64,000 nucleotides of DNA from Flavobacteriaceae bacterium (lineage in GTDB: Bacteria; Bacteroidota; Bacteroidia; Flavobacteriales; Flavobacteriaceae): positions 42,651-106,650 of the forward strand of contig CATFEX010000046.1 of assembly GCA_949511625.1 (NCBI GenBank), read 5' to 3'. Below are positions 1 through 10,466 of the stretch, piece after piece. Position numbers and translations under genes: made by a program. The first letter of the stretch is position 1; each line of letters begins with the position of its first letter. A model generated the notes under the pieces. It was not told where the DNA came from and searched no databases. It was given only the letters and a program-made list of their open reading frames with translations.

Positions 1-1
1 G

Positions 2-1525
2 TTGGTTCTGGGTAAGCGGGCAGATCGAAGTGCTTTGAAGAATAACGAAAAAAAATGCATCATCGAAGCGGAGTTCAATATTACTTCTTATGGTTTGCAA
101 TCTTTTTTTGACAAACAACAGTTGGATTATGCCAGCACTACAATCATTCGTCGGGAGATTAATCCTTCTGGGAAGTCTCGAGCTTTTGTCAATGACACTC
201 CTGTAAATTTAGATGTCTTGGAGCGCTTGGCCAACGACCTGATTGACATTCATTCTCAACATCAAACCCTAACGTTGACCAAAACAGAGTTTCAATTCCA
301 AGTATTGGATGCCTTGGCTGGAAACCTTCCTTTGGTGGAAGAGTATCAAAAAATTTTGGCGAGGTATCGGCAAGAGCAAAAAGAGTTGGAACAGCTTCAA
401 GTACGGAGTTCTCAGGCACAGAAAGACCGCGATTATAATCAATTTCTGTTTGACGAATTGGAATCTGCGGCCCTGGAACCCGATATGTTGGCTCCTCTGG
501 AAGCACGGGTAGAAGAGTTGTCTAGCATACAAGACATTCAGCAAAGTATTTCCGGAGGTTTGCAAAGAATTGAGGCCGAGGAGATTGGATTGCTTCACGT
601 GCTGAGTCAGTTGCGGATGGAACTAAAAATAGCTACACAGAAATCTTCTAGCTTAGAAGAACTTCCCATTCGATTGGAAAACGTGTATGCAGAGCTGACC
701 GATATCCATTCCGATTTACAGCTTAAATTGGCGGAATTGGAAAACGACCCTCAGGCACTCAACTTAGCCGAGGAACGATTGCAAACTCTCTATTCTCTAC
801 TCAAAAAACATCAAGCCACCCATATTGCTGACCTGATTGAGAAGAAGAAATTTTTGGGTACCCAACTCGAGGATACCGAACACCAGCAAGAACGGTTATT
901 AGAACTTGAAAAAAGGACTACGTCACTCAACAAGAATCTCGTTGAAATGGGGCTTCAGCTCCGGAAAAACCGATTACAAGCCCTGCCTAATCTCGTTGAG
1001 AAAATGGAAAGTATAATCGCTAAAATGGGGATGCAAGACGCACGCTTTCAGATTGAATTATCTCCCTCTACTTCGTTTCTATTACAAGGCCAAGACGAAA
1101 TGCAGTTCTTTTTTTCAGCCAACAAAGGAGGGAAATTTGGCTTGTTAAAAAATGTGGCTTCTGGAGGAGAACTATCTCGTATTATGCTTGCCATTAAGGC
1201 TCTTTTATCCCAATACAAAAAGCTTCCCACTATCATTTTTGATGAAATAGACACAGGCGTATCGGGTGCTATATCCGATGAAATTGCTCATATTATGTCA
1301 CAAATGGCCAGCTATATGCAGGTATTTACCATCACTCATTTGCCCCAGGTGGCCGCAAAGGGAAACCAACACTTTAAAGTGTATAAAACACTTTATAATG
1401 AGGGAACACAAACTCAAATCAAGGAACTGAATAGAGATGACCGCATCGCTGAAATTGCTAAAATGGTATCAGGAAAAGAACTGACCACGACCGCTCTGGA
1501 TCATGCCAAAGAATTATTAAACTGA
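2..1525 (+). CDS. recN: DNA repair protein RecN, C-terminal ~507 aa (5' end outside window)
   Basis: Long coiled-coil region followed by the SMC/RecN signature 'ASGGELSRIMLAIK' and Walker B 'TIIFDEIDTGVSG'. The frame is open to the window edge. Confidence 0.9.
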   Translation: MVLGKRADRSALKNNEKKCIIEAEFNITSYGLQSFFDKQQLDYASTTIIRREINPSGKSRAFVNDTPVNLDVLERLANDLIDIHSQHQTLTLTKTEFQFQVLDALAGNLPLVEEYQKILARYRQEQKELEQLQVRSSQAQKDRDYNQFLFDELESAALEPDMLAPLEARVEELSSIQDIQQSISGGLQRIEAEEIGLLHVLSQLRMELKIATQKSSSLEELPIRLENVYAELTDIHSDLQLKLAELENDPQALNLAEERLQTLYSLLKKHQATHIADLIEKKKFLGTQLEDTEHQQERLLELEKRTTSLNKNLVEMGLQLRKNRLQALPNLVEKMESIIAKMGMQDARFQIELSPSTSFLLQGQDEMQFFFSANKGGKFGLLKNVASGGELSRIMLAIKALLSQYKKLPTIIFDEIDTGVSGAISDEIAHIMSQMASYMQVFTITHLPQVAAKGNQHFKVYKTLYNEGTQTQIKELNRDDRIAEIAKMVSGKELTTTALDHAKELLN

Positions 1526-1538
1526 GAAAAAAGAATCC

Positions 1539-2357
1539 ATGGATTACACAATTTTACAAGGAAAAAAAGGAATTATTTTTGGTGCATTAGATCAAGAATC
1601 CATTGCTTGGAAAACAGCAGAAGCGGTGCATGCAGCCGGAGGCCAGTTCGTATTGACCAATGCCCCTGTTGCAATGCGAATGGGAACAATCAATACCCTG
1701 GGAGAACAAACCAATGCTCCTGTAATTCCTGCAGATGCCACTAAATTGGAGGATTTAGAAAATCTAATTGACCAAGCCCAAGAACACCTTGGGGGTAAAC
1801 TCGATTTTGTGCTGCATTCCATCGGGATGTCGGTGAATGTTCGAAAAGGAAAACACTATACCGATCTAAATCACGACTGGATGGCCAAAGGATGGGATGT
1901 TTCTGCGGTTTCCTTTCACAAACTCATGCAATGCTTGTATCAAAAAGATGCCATGAACGAATGGGGAAGTATCATTGCTTTGTCCTACATCGCTGCTCAA
2001 CGTACTTTCCCAAACTACAATGACATGGCAGACAACAAAGCCTATTTGGAATCCATCGCTAGAAGTTTTGGTTATTTCTTTGGGAAGAATAAAAAAGTTC
2101 GAGTCAACACCATCTCCCAATCCCCAACACTCACAACGGCGGGTAAAGGTGTAGAGGGGCTGGACGGCTTTTTGACATATGCAGAAAAGACAGCTCCCTT
2201 GGGCAATGCTTCTGCAGTAGACTGTGCCCATTATACCGTCATGATGTTTTCAGACTACAGCCGTAAGGTAACACTACAAAACCTTTTCCATGACGGTGGA
2301 TTTTCTAATGTAGGGGTGAGTGAGGAAGTCATAGAAGCATTGACCGACCCCTCTTAA
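1539..2357 (+). CDS. fabI: enoyl-[acyl-carrier-protein] reductase (NADH) FabI
   Basis: 272 aa SDR fold. It has the N-terminal 'KGIIFGALDQESIAW' and the Tyr/Lys catalytic region 'SYIAAQRTFPNYNDMADNKA', both typical of FabI. Confidence 0.9.
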   Translation: MDYTILQGKKGIIFGALDQESIAWKTAEAVHAAGGQFVLTNAPVAMRMGTINTLGEQTNAPVIPADATKLEDLENLIDQAQEHLGGKLDFVLHSIGMSVNVRKGKHYTDLNHDWMAKGWDVSAVSFHKLMQCLYQKDAMNEWGSIIALSYIAAQRTFPNYNDMADNKAYLESIARSFGYFFGKNKKVRVNTISQSPTLTTAGKGVEGLDGFLTYAEKTAPLGNASAVDCAHYTVMMFSDYSRKVTLQNLFHDGGFSNVGVSEEVIEALTDPS

Positions 2358-2367
2358 GGAAAAGCCA

Positions 2368-3333
2368 ATGCCAGGATCTTTCATTCGTTTTAAACAATGG
2401 GCCAACCGATGGGTTCCTGAAAAAAGTAAGGTCCAGTTTTTTTTGGTTTTTATTGGAATATCAGCATTGTTTTGGGGGCTCACTCGATTATCCAATAGCT
2501 ATACCACTACGGTCGTACTTGACATGAATTATGATAACATTCCAGAAGACGTAATTCTAAAAAAAGCTCCTACTTCAGTAGTAGCGACATTGGAAGCATC
2601 CGGTTTTCAACTATTGTTATATCAGACTTTTGGTCAAGAAATAACCGTTGATCTTGAAAGTGCATTATTTGACGAGACTACCGCCAAGGTAGATTTGCTT
2701 TTGCAACGTAACTTTTTGGAAACTCAATTATTTGAGAACGGACGCATCACCTTACTAAACCCCTCTACTGTTGGTTTAGAAATCCAACGTTTAGAGACCA
2801 AGAGAGTTCCTGTTTCACTCGTTTCTCAAATAGAATTTAAGAAAGGCTTCAACTATACAGCGTTGCCTTCGCTACAACCAGATACTGTATCTGTTATTGG
2901 GACACCAGTAGTTTTGAATGAAATAGCTTCTATCCGAACAATTCCATTGGTCAAAAGCGGCTTGGATCGGAATTTTTCGGAAACCCTTCGCTTGGAAATT
3001 CCTAATGGAGTGAATGCGCTTTCTCACCGCGTGGTTGTGGTCACTGCCAAAACCACTAAATTTACAGAGATGACCTATGAAATTCCTATTCGAATCACTA
3101 ATACAGCTGTTGGTCAGACTATTCGCCTGTTTCCACAACGCATAAAGATTAGAGGCCGAGTTCCCCTAGCATTGGTAGATTCTGTGCGAGCCTCAGATTT
3201 TAGTGCCTATACAGATATCAGTCAAGTTGAGGGAGATTCAGAAACATTACCAGTTTTCATTGAGAAACAGTCTCCCCTTTTGCGCTCCATGCGGTGGTCA
3301 CCCAAACAGGTAAACTTTTTGATACGGCAATGA
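2368..3333 (+). CDS. YbbR-like domain-containing protein (CdaR-like)
   Basis: 321 aa with an N-terminal TM segment (FFLVFIGISALFWGL) followed by repeated beta-rich YbbR-type modules. Family assignment is from memory of typical sequences. Confidence 0.7.
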   Translation: MPGSFIRFKQWANRWVPEKSKVQFFLVFIGISALFWGLTRLSNSYTTTVVLDMNYDNIPEDVILKKAPTSVVATLEASGFQLLLYQTFGQEITVDLESALFDETTAKVDLLLQRNFLETQLFENGRITLLNPSTVGLEIQRLETKRVPVSLVSQIEFKKGFNYTALPSLQPDTVSVIGTPVVLNEIASIRTIPLVKSGLDRNFSETLRLEIPNGVNALSHRVVVVTAKTTKFTEMTYEIPIRITNTAVGQTIRLFPQRIKIRGRVPLALVDSVRASDFSAYTDISQVEGDSETLPVFIEKQSPLLRSMRWSPKQVNFLIRQ

Positions 3334-3929
3334 AAATAATTGGACTTACTGGTGGGATTGGAAGTGGGAAGTCCAAAGCACTTACATTTTTTAAAGAGAA
3401 GAACATCCCTTGCTACCAAGCCGATGTTGCTGGCCATAAAGTATTAAATCAAGACCCAACAATTAAGAAACAGTTGACAAGCTATTTTGGTTCTGACATC
3501 TATGTCAATGGTGTTCTAGATCGGAAGGCGCTAGGGCAATTGGTATTTAACAATCCCCAAGCATTGGACTATTTGAATGGTTTGGTGCATCCAGCTGTGC
3601 GAAAAGATTTTCAAGAATTTGTGGGCCAACAAGATGCCCCTTTTGTAATCAGTGAAGTGGCTATTTTATTCGAAAACGAGGGACAACACCGTTATGATAA
3701 AATAATCCTAATAACTGCCCCAGAGTCCCTGCGAATAGAAAGGGTCTTGGAACGGGATGAAACGAGCAAAAATGAAGTGCATTTGAGAATGAAAAAACAA
3801 TGGCCCGATTCAAAAAAAATACCTTTAGCAGATTATGTTATCGAAAATATAGACTGGCCAGAAACAGAAAAAGCTTTACGTGCGGTTTTAAGTGATTTAG
3901 AAGACCAGTACCCAGCCAAGGAGACTTAA
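3330..3929 (+). CDS. coaE: dephospho-CoA kinase
   Basis: P-loop 'MKIIGLTGGIGSGKS' sits at the internal ATG at 3330. That ATG overlaps the upstream stop (ATGA), so the track ORF start at 3294 is probably too early. Confidence 0.9.
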   Translation: MKIIGLTGGIGSGKSKALTFFKEKNIPCYQADVAGHKVLNQDPTIKKQLTSYFGSDIYVNGVLDRKALGQLVFNNPQALDYLNGLVHPAVRKDFQEFVGQQDAPFVISEVAILFENEGQHRYDKIILITAPESLRIERVLERDETSKNEVHLRMKKQWPDSKKIPLADYVIENIDWPETEKALRAVLSDLEDQYPAKET

Positions 3930-3987
3930 CAATCTCTTAGGAAAATTAATAGTATATTTTATTCAATTTTGTAGTTCAAAACCAGCC

Positions 3988-5604
3988 ATGGCATTGAAAA
4001 AAAATAGATTTCTGATTTTAGTGTCCCTAATGATCACTTCCATTTTTGGAATTGTGGCTGTGCAGGCTTTTTGGATTTCTTCTTCTTGGGAAAATAAAGA
4101 GGAAGAGTTCTCTTTGGCGGTAAATCAAACCTTAAAATCAGTAGCACGAGAAATTCAAAATCGTGAGTTATCAGATTACATTAGTGCATATCAAAAATTA
4201 ATTGATTCAGTAGGCAAACCTACCGAGTCTAATTTTACCGATATCTTCCTCTTTCTAGACGAAGACAGACCCAATAACCTTTCTACTTTTTTTGCCTTTG
4301 GAATCTTGGAAGAAGACTACAATATTGAAGGGGGCTACTTTGATCCTGTTCTGGGCGAACGGGATTCTGCCACAACGCTGAGAGACTATAAAGGAGTTCG
4401 AACAACCACCATTCTAAAAAAAGAAGTATTCAACCGTGAAAACCGTTTGTCCAGTTCCATTCAAAAGTTAAAGCGAATTGATCGATTAAATAGTTATGAT
4501 GAAGCCAAGTACCGTGATGCCTATATGGACTATGCCAATACTTTGCCCATTCATAGAAGGCTTAGTAATCAAGAAGTTGCCTTATTACTAGATATGGAAT
4601 TCCAAGAGCGTGACATCCAAATTCCCTATCAATTTGGTGTATATAATGACGGACTAGGAACCAAAATAAAATCTACGAATTATCAGGAAATGCAGCTCGG
4701 AGCCTCCTACAGCGCTCCTATTTTCTTGAACCAACAAGGCAACAGTCCCTATGAGTTGCGAGTGAGTTTTCCCACACGGGATAAATACGTGATGTCCTCG
4801 ATTATGGGTGTTGCTGGTTTATCATTGGTTTTAACGATCTTCATTATCTTGGTTTCTACAAGTGCTTTGTATCAAATCATTCAACAGAAGAAGATCTCTG
4901 AAATCAAATCTGATTTTATCAATAATATGTCTCATGAATTTAAAACACCCATTGCCACTATTAATTTGGCTTTGGATGCTATTGCCAATCCAAAGACCAT
5001 TGACACCCCCACTAAAATTTTACAATACACCAAAATGATTCGTGAGGAGAATACTAGAATGTTAACTCAGGTCGAAAATGTCCTAAAAATTTCACAATTG
5101 GAAAGAGGAACAACACTGCTGGATTGGGAAATTATAGCCCTTCACGAATTAATTACCGAGGCGGTGAATCATGTCAGCCTGATTGTTGAAAATAAAGCAG
5201 GGTATATCAAAACTCATTTCGATTCAATTACCCCAGTATTTGAGGGTGATTTTAACCATTTTACGAACTTGGTTGTTAATATTTTAGACAATGCCATAAA
5301 ATACACCGATGGCCCTCCAAAAATAGACATCTACACTGAGTACAGTGACAAGCAGGCTCAACTCATCATTGAGGATCAGGGTATAGGGATGGATTCGTCT
5401 ACACAACGAATGGTTTTTGAGAAGTTTTACCGTGAAGAAGGGGGAAATATTCACAACATCAAAGGACATGGCCTTGGACTTTCTTATGTAAAGAAAATAA
5501 TTGAACTCCACCGATGCAAAATCCAGATTGATAGTAAGAAAGGCACGGGTACTAAATTTATCATTTCAATTCCATTAAAACCCCAACACCAAACCGCAAG
5601 CTAA
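3988..5604 (+). CDS. sensor histidine kinase (two TM segments, HisKA + HATPase_c)
   Basis: H-box 'NMSHEFKTPIATI', N-box 'NILDNAIKYT', G-boxes 'EDQGIGM' and 'GHGLGLSYV'. There is an N-terminal TM and a second TM around residue 275. Confidence 0.9.
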   Translation: MALKKNRFLILVSLMITSIFGIVAVQAFWISSSWENKEEEFSLAVNQTLKSVAREIQNRELSDYISAYQKLIDSVGKPTESNFTDIFLFLDEDRPNNLSTFFAFGILEEDYNIEGGYFDPVLGERDSATTLRDYKGVRTTTILKKEVFNRENRLSSSIQKLKRIDRLNSYDEAKYRDAYMDYANTLPIHRRLSNQEVALLLDMEFQERDIQIPYQFGVYNDGLGTKIKSTNYQEMQLGASYSAPIFLNQQGNSPYELRVSFPTRDKYVMSSIMGVAGLSLVLTIFIILVSTSALYQIIQQKKISEIKSDFINNMSHEFKTPIATINLALDAIANPKTIDTPTKILQYTKMIREENTRMLTQVENVLKISQLERGTTLLDWEIIALHELITEAVNHVSLIVENKAGYIKTHFDSITPVFEGDFNHFTNLVVNILDNAIKYTDGPPKIDIYTEYSDKQAQLIIEDQGIGMDSSTQRMVFEKFYREEGGNIHNIKGHGLGLSYVKKIIELHRCKIQIDSKKGTGTKFIISIPLKPQHQTAS

Positions 5605-5606
5605 CT

Positions 5607-6314
5607 ATGGACAATAAAAAAATACTAATAGTGGAGGATGATCCCAATTTCGGAAGCATACTCAAAGATTATCTCTCCTTAAATGAGTACGACATAGTAC
5701 TGGCCAAAAATGGTATAGAAGGCTATGAAAAGTTTAAAAAAGACAATTTTGATCTTTGTATCCTCGATGTAATGATGCCATTTAAAGATGGATTTACCTT
5801 AGCCAAGGAAATTCGAGAAAAAAATGATTTCGTTCCAATTATATTTTTGACCGCTAAGAATTTGAAAGAAGATGTTCTGAAAGGATTTAAACTCGGAGCA
5901 GATGATTACATCACCAAACCCTTTGATTCAGATGTGTTATTGGCAAAGATTAAAGTTTTTCTAAATCGAAACCAAAAGCCAGCAATTAAAGAGTCAGACG
6001 AATTTTTATTTGAAATAGGCGCTTTTGCTTTTAATTCGAAACTACGAACGCTTTCTATTAAAAATAGCGAGCCCTATAAGTTGTCCCCCAAAGAAAGTCA
6101 ACTTCTTCGAATGCTGGCGCTTCACATCAACGATTTATTGCCAAGAGAAATCGCCCTAAATAAAATATGGCGGGATGATAATTATTTTACATCACGGAGC
6201 ATGGATGTCTACATCGCCAAATTACGAAAGTATCTGAAAGAAGATCCCTCCGTAGAAATACTCAATATCCACGGAGAAGGATTTCGATTAGTAACTTCCG
6301 ACGAACAAGTCTAA
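5607..6314 (+). CDS. OmpR/PhoB-family response regulator transcription factor
   Basis: Receiver domain 'ILIVEDDP...DLCILDVMMP...TAK' plus a winged-helix C-terminus. It starts 3 nt after the kinase stop. Confidence 0.9.
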   Translation: MDNKKILIVEDDPNFGSILKDYLSLNEYDIVLAKNGIEGYEKFKKDNFDLCILDVMMPFKDGFTLAKEIREKNDFVPIIFLTAKNLKEDVLKGFKLGADDYITKPFDSDVLLAKIKVFLNRNQKPAIKESDEFLFEIGAFAFNSKLRTLSIKNSEPYKLSPKESQLLRMLALHINDLLPREIALNKIWRDDNYFTSRSMDVYIAKLRKYLKEDPSVEILNIHGEGFRLVTSDEQV

Positions 6315-7207
6315 AGTCGAGGATGAAACTTTTCCATCACTTTTCTCAAATAACGCGTATCGATATGGGTGTAGATTTCGGTGGTGGTAATGCTTTCATG
6401 GCCAAGTAGAACTTGAATCGTTCTTAGGTCTGCCCCATTTTCTAATAGATGCGTTGCAAAAGAGTGTCGAAAGGTATGTGGGCTTACTTTTTTTTTGATT
6501 CCAGCCTTTTCTGCAGCCTGCTTTACAATAAGAAAAATCATCGTTCGGGTTAGTGCTTTTCCTCTCCGATTTAGAAATACAAAATTTTCATAGCCCTTTT
6601 GAATACTTCGATGAATCTGTATTTCTTTTAGATAGGTGTTAATCTGTTGCATGGCATAGTCACCAAGTGGTACCAGCCGTTGCTTGTCTCCTTTTCCAGT
6701 CACTCGCAGCAATTTTTCTGTTGAATAGATATCTGATTTTTGAAGATTAACCAACTCACTCACACGCAGGCCGCTTCCGTATAATGTTTCTAAAAGCGCT
6801 TTGTTACGGTGACCCTCTGCTTTGCTTAAGTCAATAGTGTCTAATATTTTTTCTACTTCTTCAACACTTAGGGTATCTGGTAATTTACGTCCCAGTTTGG
6901 GAGCCTCCAGCCATTGTGTAGGGAGGTCGTCTCGGTATTTTTCAAAAACCAAGTATTTAAAAAAGCTTTTCAATCCAGAGATTCTTCGGCTCTGAGAATG
7001 GGCACTTTTCTCCTTGGCTTCTTGATAAATAAATTGTTGAATAACGGTGGCGTCAATTTGGATAGGGGAGATTACAATCTTGTGCGTTTCTAAAAAGCGC
7101 ATCAAAGTTAAGACGTCTGTTTTGTAGCTGGTAATTGTGTGCTCAGACAAGCCCCTTTCGATACTCAAGTAAAAACCGAAATCTTCAAGTGCTTTGCTCC
7201 ATTCCAT
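6311..7207 (-). CDS. xerD: site-specific tyrosine recombinase XerD
   Basis: 298 aa with the C-terminal catalytic region 'HTFRHSFATHLLENGADLRTIQVLLGHESITTTEIYTH'. Length and N-terminal SAM-like domain are typical of XerC/D. Confidence 0.85.
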   Translation of the reverse strand: MEWSKALEDFGFYLSIERGLSEHTITSYKTDVLTLMRFLETHKIVISPIQIDATVIQQFIYQEAKEKSAHSQSRRISGLKSFFKYLVFEKYRDDLPTQWLEAPKLGRKLPDTLSVEEVEKILDTIDLSKAEGHRNKALLETLYGSGLRVSELVNLQKSDIYSTEKLLRVTGKGDKQRLVPLGDYAMQQINTYLKEIQIHRSIQKGYENFVFLNRRGKALTRTMIFLIVKQAAEKAGIKKKVSPHTFRHSFATHLLENGADLRTIQVLLGHESITTTEIYTHIDTRYLRKVMEKFHPRL

Positions 7208-7280
7208 ATATAAATGTACTAGCTTCTATTATCTGGTCAAGCAAAGTACTTAAAAGATATGTATTTTTGTAAAAAACAAA

Positions 7281-7703
7281 ATGAATCTAGCCATTGTCAA
7301 CGGTCCCAATCTCAACCTATTAGGAACCCGAGAGCCGGGTATTTACGGAGCAGAAACCTTCGAGTCCTATTTTGAGAAATTGAAAGAGGCCTATCCACAA
7401 GTTCAATTGAGCTATTTTCAATCCAATGTGGAGGGAGAACTCATTGATGCCCTTCAAGATTTTGGCTTCCGAATGCATGGTATTTTATTGAATGCTGCGG
7501 CTTATACCCATACTTCCGTGGGCCTTGGGGATTGTATCAAAGCCATTGATGCTCCAGTGATTGAAATACATATCTCCAATACTTTTGCACGAGAAGATTT
7601 TCGCCACAAATCCTTTATCACACCAGCAGCAAAAGGTCTAATTATTGGTTTTGGCCTGGATAGTTATCGCTTGGCTATTGAAAGCTTCTTAAAAGAGGCT
7701 TAA
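7281..7703 (+). CDS. aroQ: type II 3-dehydroquinate dehydratase
   Basis: 140 aa with 'IVNGPNLNLLGTREPGIYG' and 'NAAAYTHTSVG...EIHISN', classic AroQ motifs. Confidence 0.95.
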   Translation: MNLAIVNGPNLNLLGTREPGIYGAETFESYFEKLKEAYPQVQLSYFQSNVEGELIDALQDFGFRMHGILLNAAAYTHTSVGLGDCIKAIDAPVIEIHISNTFAREDFRHKSFITPAAKGLIIGFGLDSYRLAIESFLKEA

Positions 7704-7705
7704 AT

Positions 7706-8947
7706 TCAAATCAGATTTATTTTTCTAAACCGATAACTAGCCCAAAGGCCGATCAGCGAAAAAAAAGCTAAAAAGAGAAATAATTGCTGGTGCCCTCGAA
7801 GCCCTTCAGATCCATCCAGTAGAACTCCCATAATAGGACCTACAAATATATCAGGAGTATAGCCAACCAAAGAAATTAAACCTACCGCTGTCCCTGTAAT
7901 AGTGAAAGGAATCTTTCCTTCTTCCATGGCTGCAAAATAGACTGCTCGCAGCGAATAGGTTCCCACAGCGGTAATTAAAAGGGTCAATAGGAATAAGCCA
8001 ACAGAAGGCGCGGTAACCCAACCCGAAGCAAAAAGCAGGGCTCCTGTGAACATAAAGAGAAAGGAATATTGTAATACTGAAGCATTGGTGGTTCGATCTG
8101 CAAAGACTCCTACAAAAACACAAATAAAAGGACGTAGATACATCTGATAACTACCAACTTTTGCAGCCTCTACTTCATCAAAAAGCATGGCTTCGGCTGC
8201 ATAGAGCGAAAAAACATCAGTGACTTTGTACCCAATATAGGCAGAAAGAACAATCAACATTAGGTAGCGAACACTCCGAAGGCGGAGTGCGGTTTGGATG
8301 TCTTCCCAAGAGCCCATTCTTTTTTTTGGAATTGTTTCTTTGATTTCGAAATCTTTAAAAAAAAAGAAAAGAAGTAAGGCAATACTGACACAAAAAACGG
8401 CGGCAGAAAAGATAACAAATTGAAAAGCTTCTTTTCGTTTAAAAATTGAAATGGTCTCAATTTCGTTGGGGAGAATCCGAGCAAACAAGACCACTCCTAG
8501 GGCTCCCAAACTAGCTGCAATAAAACCCCGACCTCCTTCTAAAAAGCCAAAAGCCTTTCCTTGAGCACTGACACCCCCCCATGCTCTTGTGGCTTTGATC
8601 ATGGCGGACCAAAATAAAAACACAGTTGTAAACCCCCAATAAGCGTAAAGCCATCTAAGCGCATAAACATTGGGAATCGTTGCCATAAAAAATCCACCCG
8701 CGGCAGTGAGCAATAAAGCCGTAGCCATAAGTTTACCTGGGGCGATTCGATCGGCTAGTGTTCCACCGAATAAATAGGAAGCCAAGGCCACAAATCCATA
8801 AACTGAATAACAACTGCCTAATTGGGTGTTGTTTAACTGAAAAACAGATAGAAAAGTGGGACGAAATACGCGGGCCAATACAAAGGGTAATAAAAAGGTA
8901 GCCTCCCCAGCGAGAATAAGTAAAACAATCCGTAGGGGGTTTTTCAT
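7706..8947 (-). CDS. MFS transporter
   Basis: 413 aa, about 12 hydrophobic segments, MFS-like loop 'GGTLADRIAPGK'. Confidence 0.8.
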   Translation of the reverse strand: MKNPLRIVLLILAGEATFLLPFVLARVFRPTFLSVFQLNNTQLGSCYSVYGFVALASYLFGGTLADRIAPGKLMATALLLTAAGGFFMATIPNVYALRWLYAYWGFTTVFLFWSAMIKATRAWGGVSAQGKAFGFLEGGRGFIAASLGALGVVLFARILPNEIETISIFKRKEAFQFVIFSAAVFCVSIALLLFFFFKDFEIKETIPKKRMGSWEDIQTALRLRSVRYLMLIVLSAYIGYKVTDVFSLYAAEAMLFDEVEAAKVGSYQMYLRPFICVFVGVFADRTTNASVLQYSFLFMFTGALLFASGWVTAPSVGLFLLTLLITAVGTYSLRAVYFAAMEEGKIPFTITGTAVGLISLVGYTPDIFVGPIMGVLLDGSEGLRGHQQLFLFLAFFSLIGLWASYRFRKINLI

Positions 8948-9020
8948 CTTATTCTAAAGATAGTGGCTTTTGAATATAAAAAAACACCCCAAAGACTTTT
9001 TGTTTTTTGAGATGAGGCGA

Positions 9021-10412
9021 TTAGAGGTGAATGACTTCGTCATACGCATCGGCCACAGCTTCCATGACCGCCTCACTCATGGTTGGGTGTGGATGTACGG
9101 TTTTTAATATCTCATGACCTGTGGTTTCTAACTTACGCCCAACCACTGCTTCCGCAATCATATCCGTCACACCAGCTCCAATCATATGGCATCCAAGCCA
9201 TTCTCCGTATTTGGCATCAAAAATTACTTTAACAAAGCCATCAGAGGTACCGGAAGCTTGTGCTTTTCCCGAAGCAGAAAAGGGGAATTTACCTATTTTA
9301 ATATCCAATCCTTTGTCTAAAGCTTGCTTTTCTGTTAATCCAACAGATGCAATTTCGGGGGAACAATAGGTACAGCCTGGGATATTTCCATAATTAAGGG
9401 GTTCTACCTCCATACCCGCAATTTTCTCCACACAAATAATTCCCTCGGCAGAGGCCACGTGAGCTAGTGATGGGCCAGCAGTAATATCCCCAATGGCATA
9501 ATATCCAGGTTGATTAGTTTGGTAAAAATCATTGACTAATATTTTGTCTCGATCAGTAGCAATCCCCATATCATCAAGACCCAAATCTTCCAAATTTGTT
9601 TTAATCCCTACAGCCGAAAGGACAATATCCGCTTGAAGGGTCAATTCTTCTTTTCGAGTTTTCACTGTGGCTTTTACTCCTTTTCCTTTCGTATCTACAG
9701 CTGTGACCTCAGCACTGGTCAGTATCTGAATGCCACTTTTCTTGAAGGTGCGCTCCAATTGTTTCGATACTTCTTCATCTTCAACAGGAACAATCCGATC
9801 TTGGTATTCCACTATGGTAACTTCAGTTCCCATGGCATTGTAGAAGTACGCAAACTCTATTCCAATAGCCCCTGAACCCACAACAATCAATTTCTTGGGT
9901 TGTTTGTCTAATGTCATCGCTTTGCGGTAACCAATCACTTTCTTTCCATCCTGAGGCAGATTGGGAAGTTCTCGCGAACGGGCGCCTGTAGCAATTATAA
10001 TATGTTTGGCTTCATATTCAGTCTCTGTCTTACCCCGAGCAACAACTACTTTTTTTCCAACCATCACCTTCCCATGGCCTTCTAATACATCAATTTTATT
10101 TTTTTTCATCAAAAACTGAACTCCTTTGCTCATGCCTGCGGCAACCTCACGGCTTCGATTGACGACTGCATCAAAGTCTTTATCGTATTCTTTCACAGTC
10201 AAACCATAGTCTGAGGCATGTTTTAAATAGTCGAATACTTGTGCTGATTTTATAAGAGCTTTTGTGGGGATGCAACCCCAATTCAGACAGACACCTCCTA
10301 AACTCTCTTTTTCAACAACCGCTGTTTTGAATCCCAACTGGGAAGCACGTATGGCGGTGACGTAACCTCCAGGGCCACTTCCAACCACTATAATATCATA
10401 TGAATTTGCCAT
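9021..10412 (-). CDS. lpdA: dihydrolipoyl dehydrogenase (E3)
   Basis: FAD motif 'VVGSGPGGY', redox-active disulfide 'GGVCLNWGCIPTK', C-terminal 'HPHPTMSE'. Confidence 0.95.
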   Translation of the reverse strand: MANSYDIIVVGSGPGGYVTAIRASQLGFKTAVVEKESLGGVCLNWGCIPTKALIKSAQVFDYLKHASDYGLTVKEYDKDFDAVVNRSREVAAGMSKGVQFLMKKNKIDVLEGHGKVMVGKKVVVARGKTETEYEAKHIIIATGARSRELPNLPQDGKKVIGYRKAMTLDKQPKKLIVVGSGAIGIEFAYFYNAMGTEVTIVEYQDRIVPVEDEEVSKQLERTFKKSGIQILTSAEVTAVDTKGKGVKATVKTRKEELTLQADIVLSAVGIKTNLEDLGLDDMGIATDRDKILVNDFYQTNQPGYYAIGDITAGPSLAHVASAEGIICVEKIAGMEVEPLNYGNIPGCTYCSPEIASVGLTEKQALDKGLDIKIGKFPFSASGKAQASGTSDGFVKVIFDAKYGEWLGCHMIGAGVTDMIAEAVVGRKLETTGHEILKTVHPHPTMSEAVMEAVADAYDEVIHL

Positions 10413-10466
10413 AAATCATCTTTAAAATCAGACCAAAATTACAAAATGAAAGGGAGCTTTCCTTAT

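Noticed and set aside
6311-7207. Tyrosine recombinase, considered as a marker of an integrated mobile element.
   Set aside because: Its length, domain layout and housekeeping neighbours (aroQ and a two-component system) fit chromosomal XerD. There are no flanking repeats, phage genes or conjugation genes.
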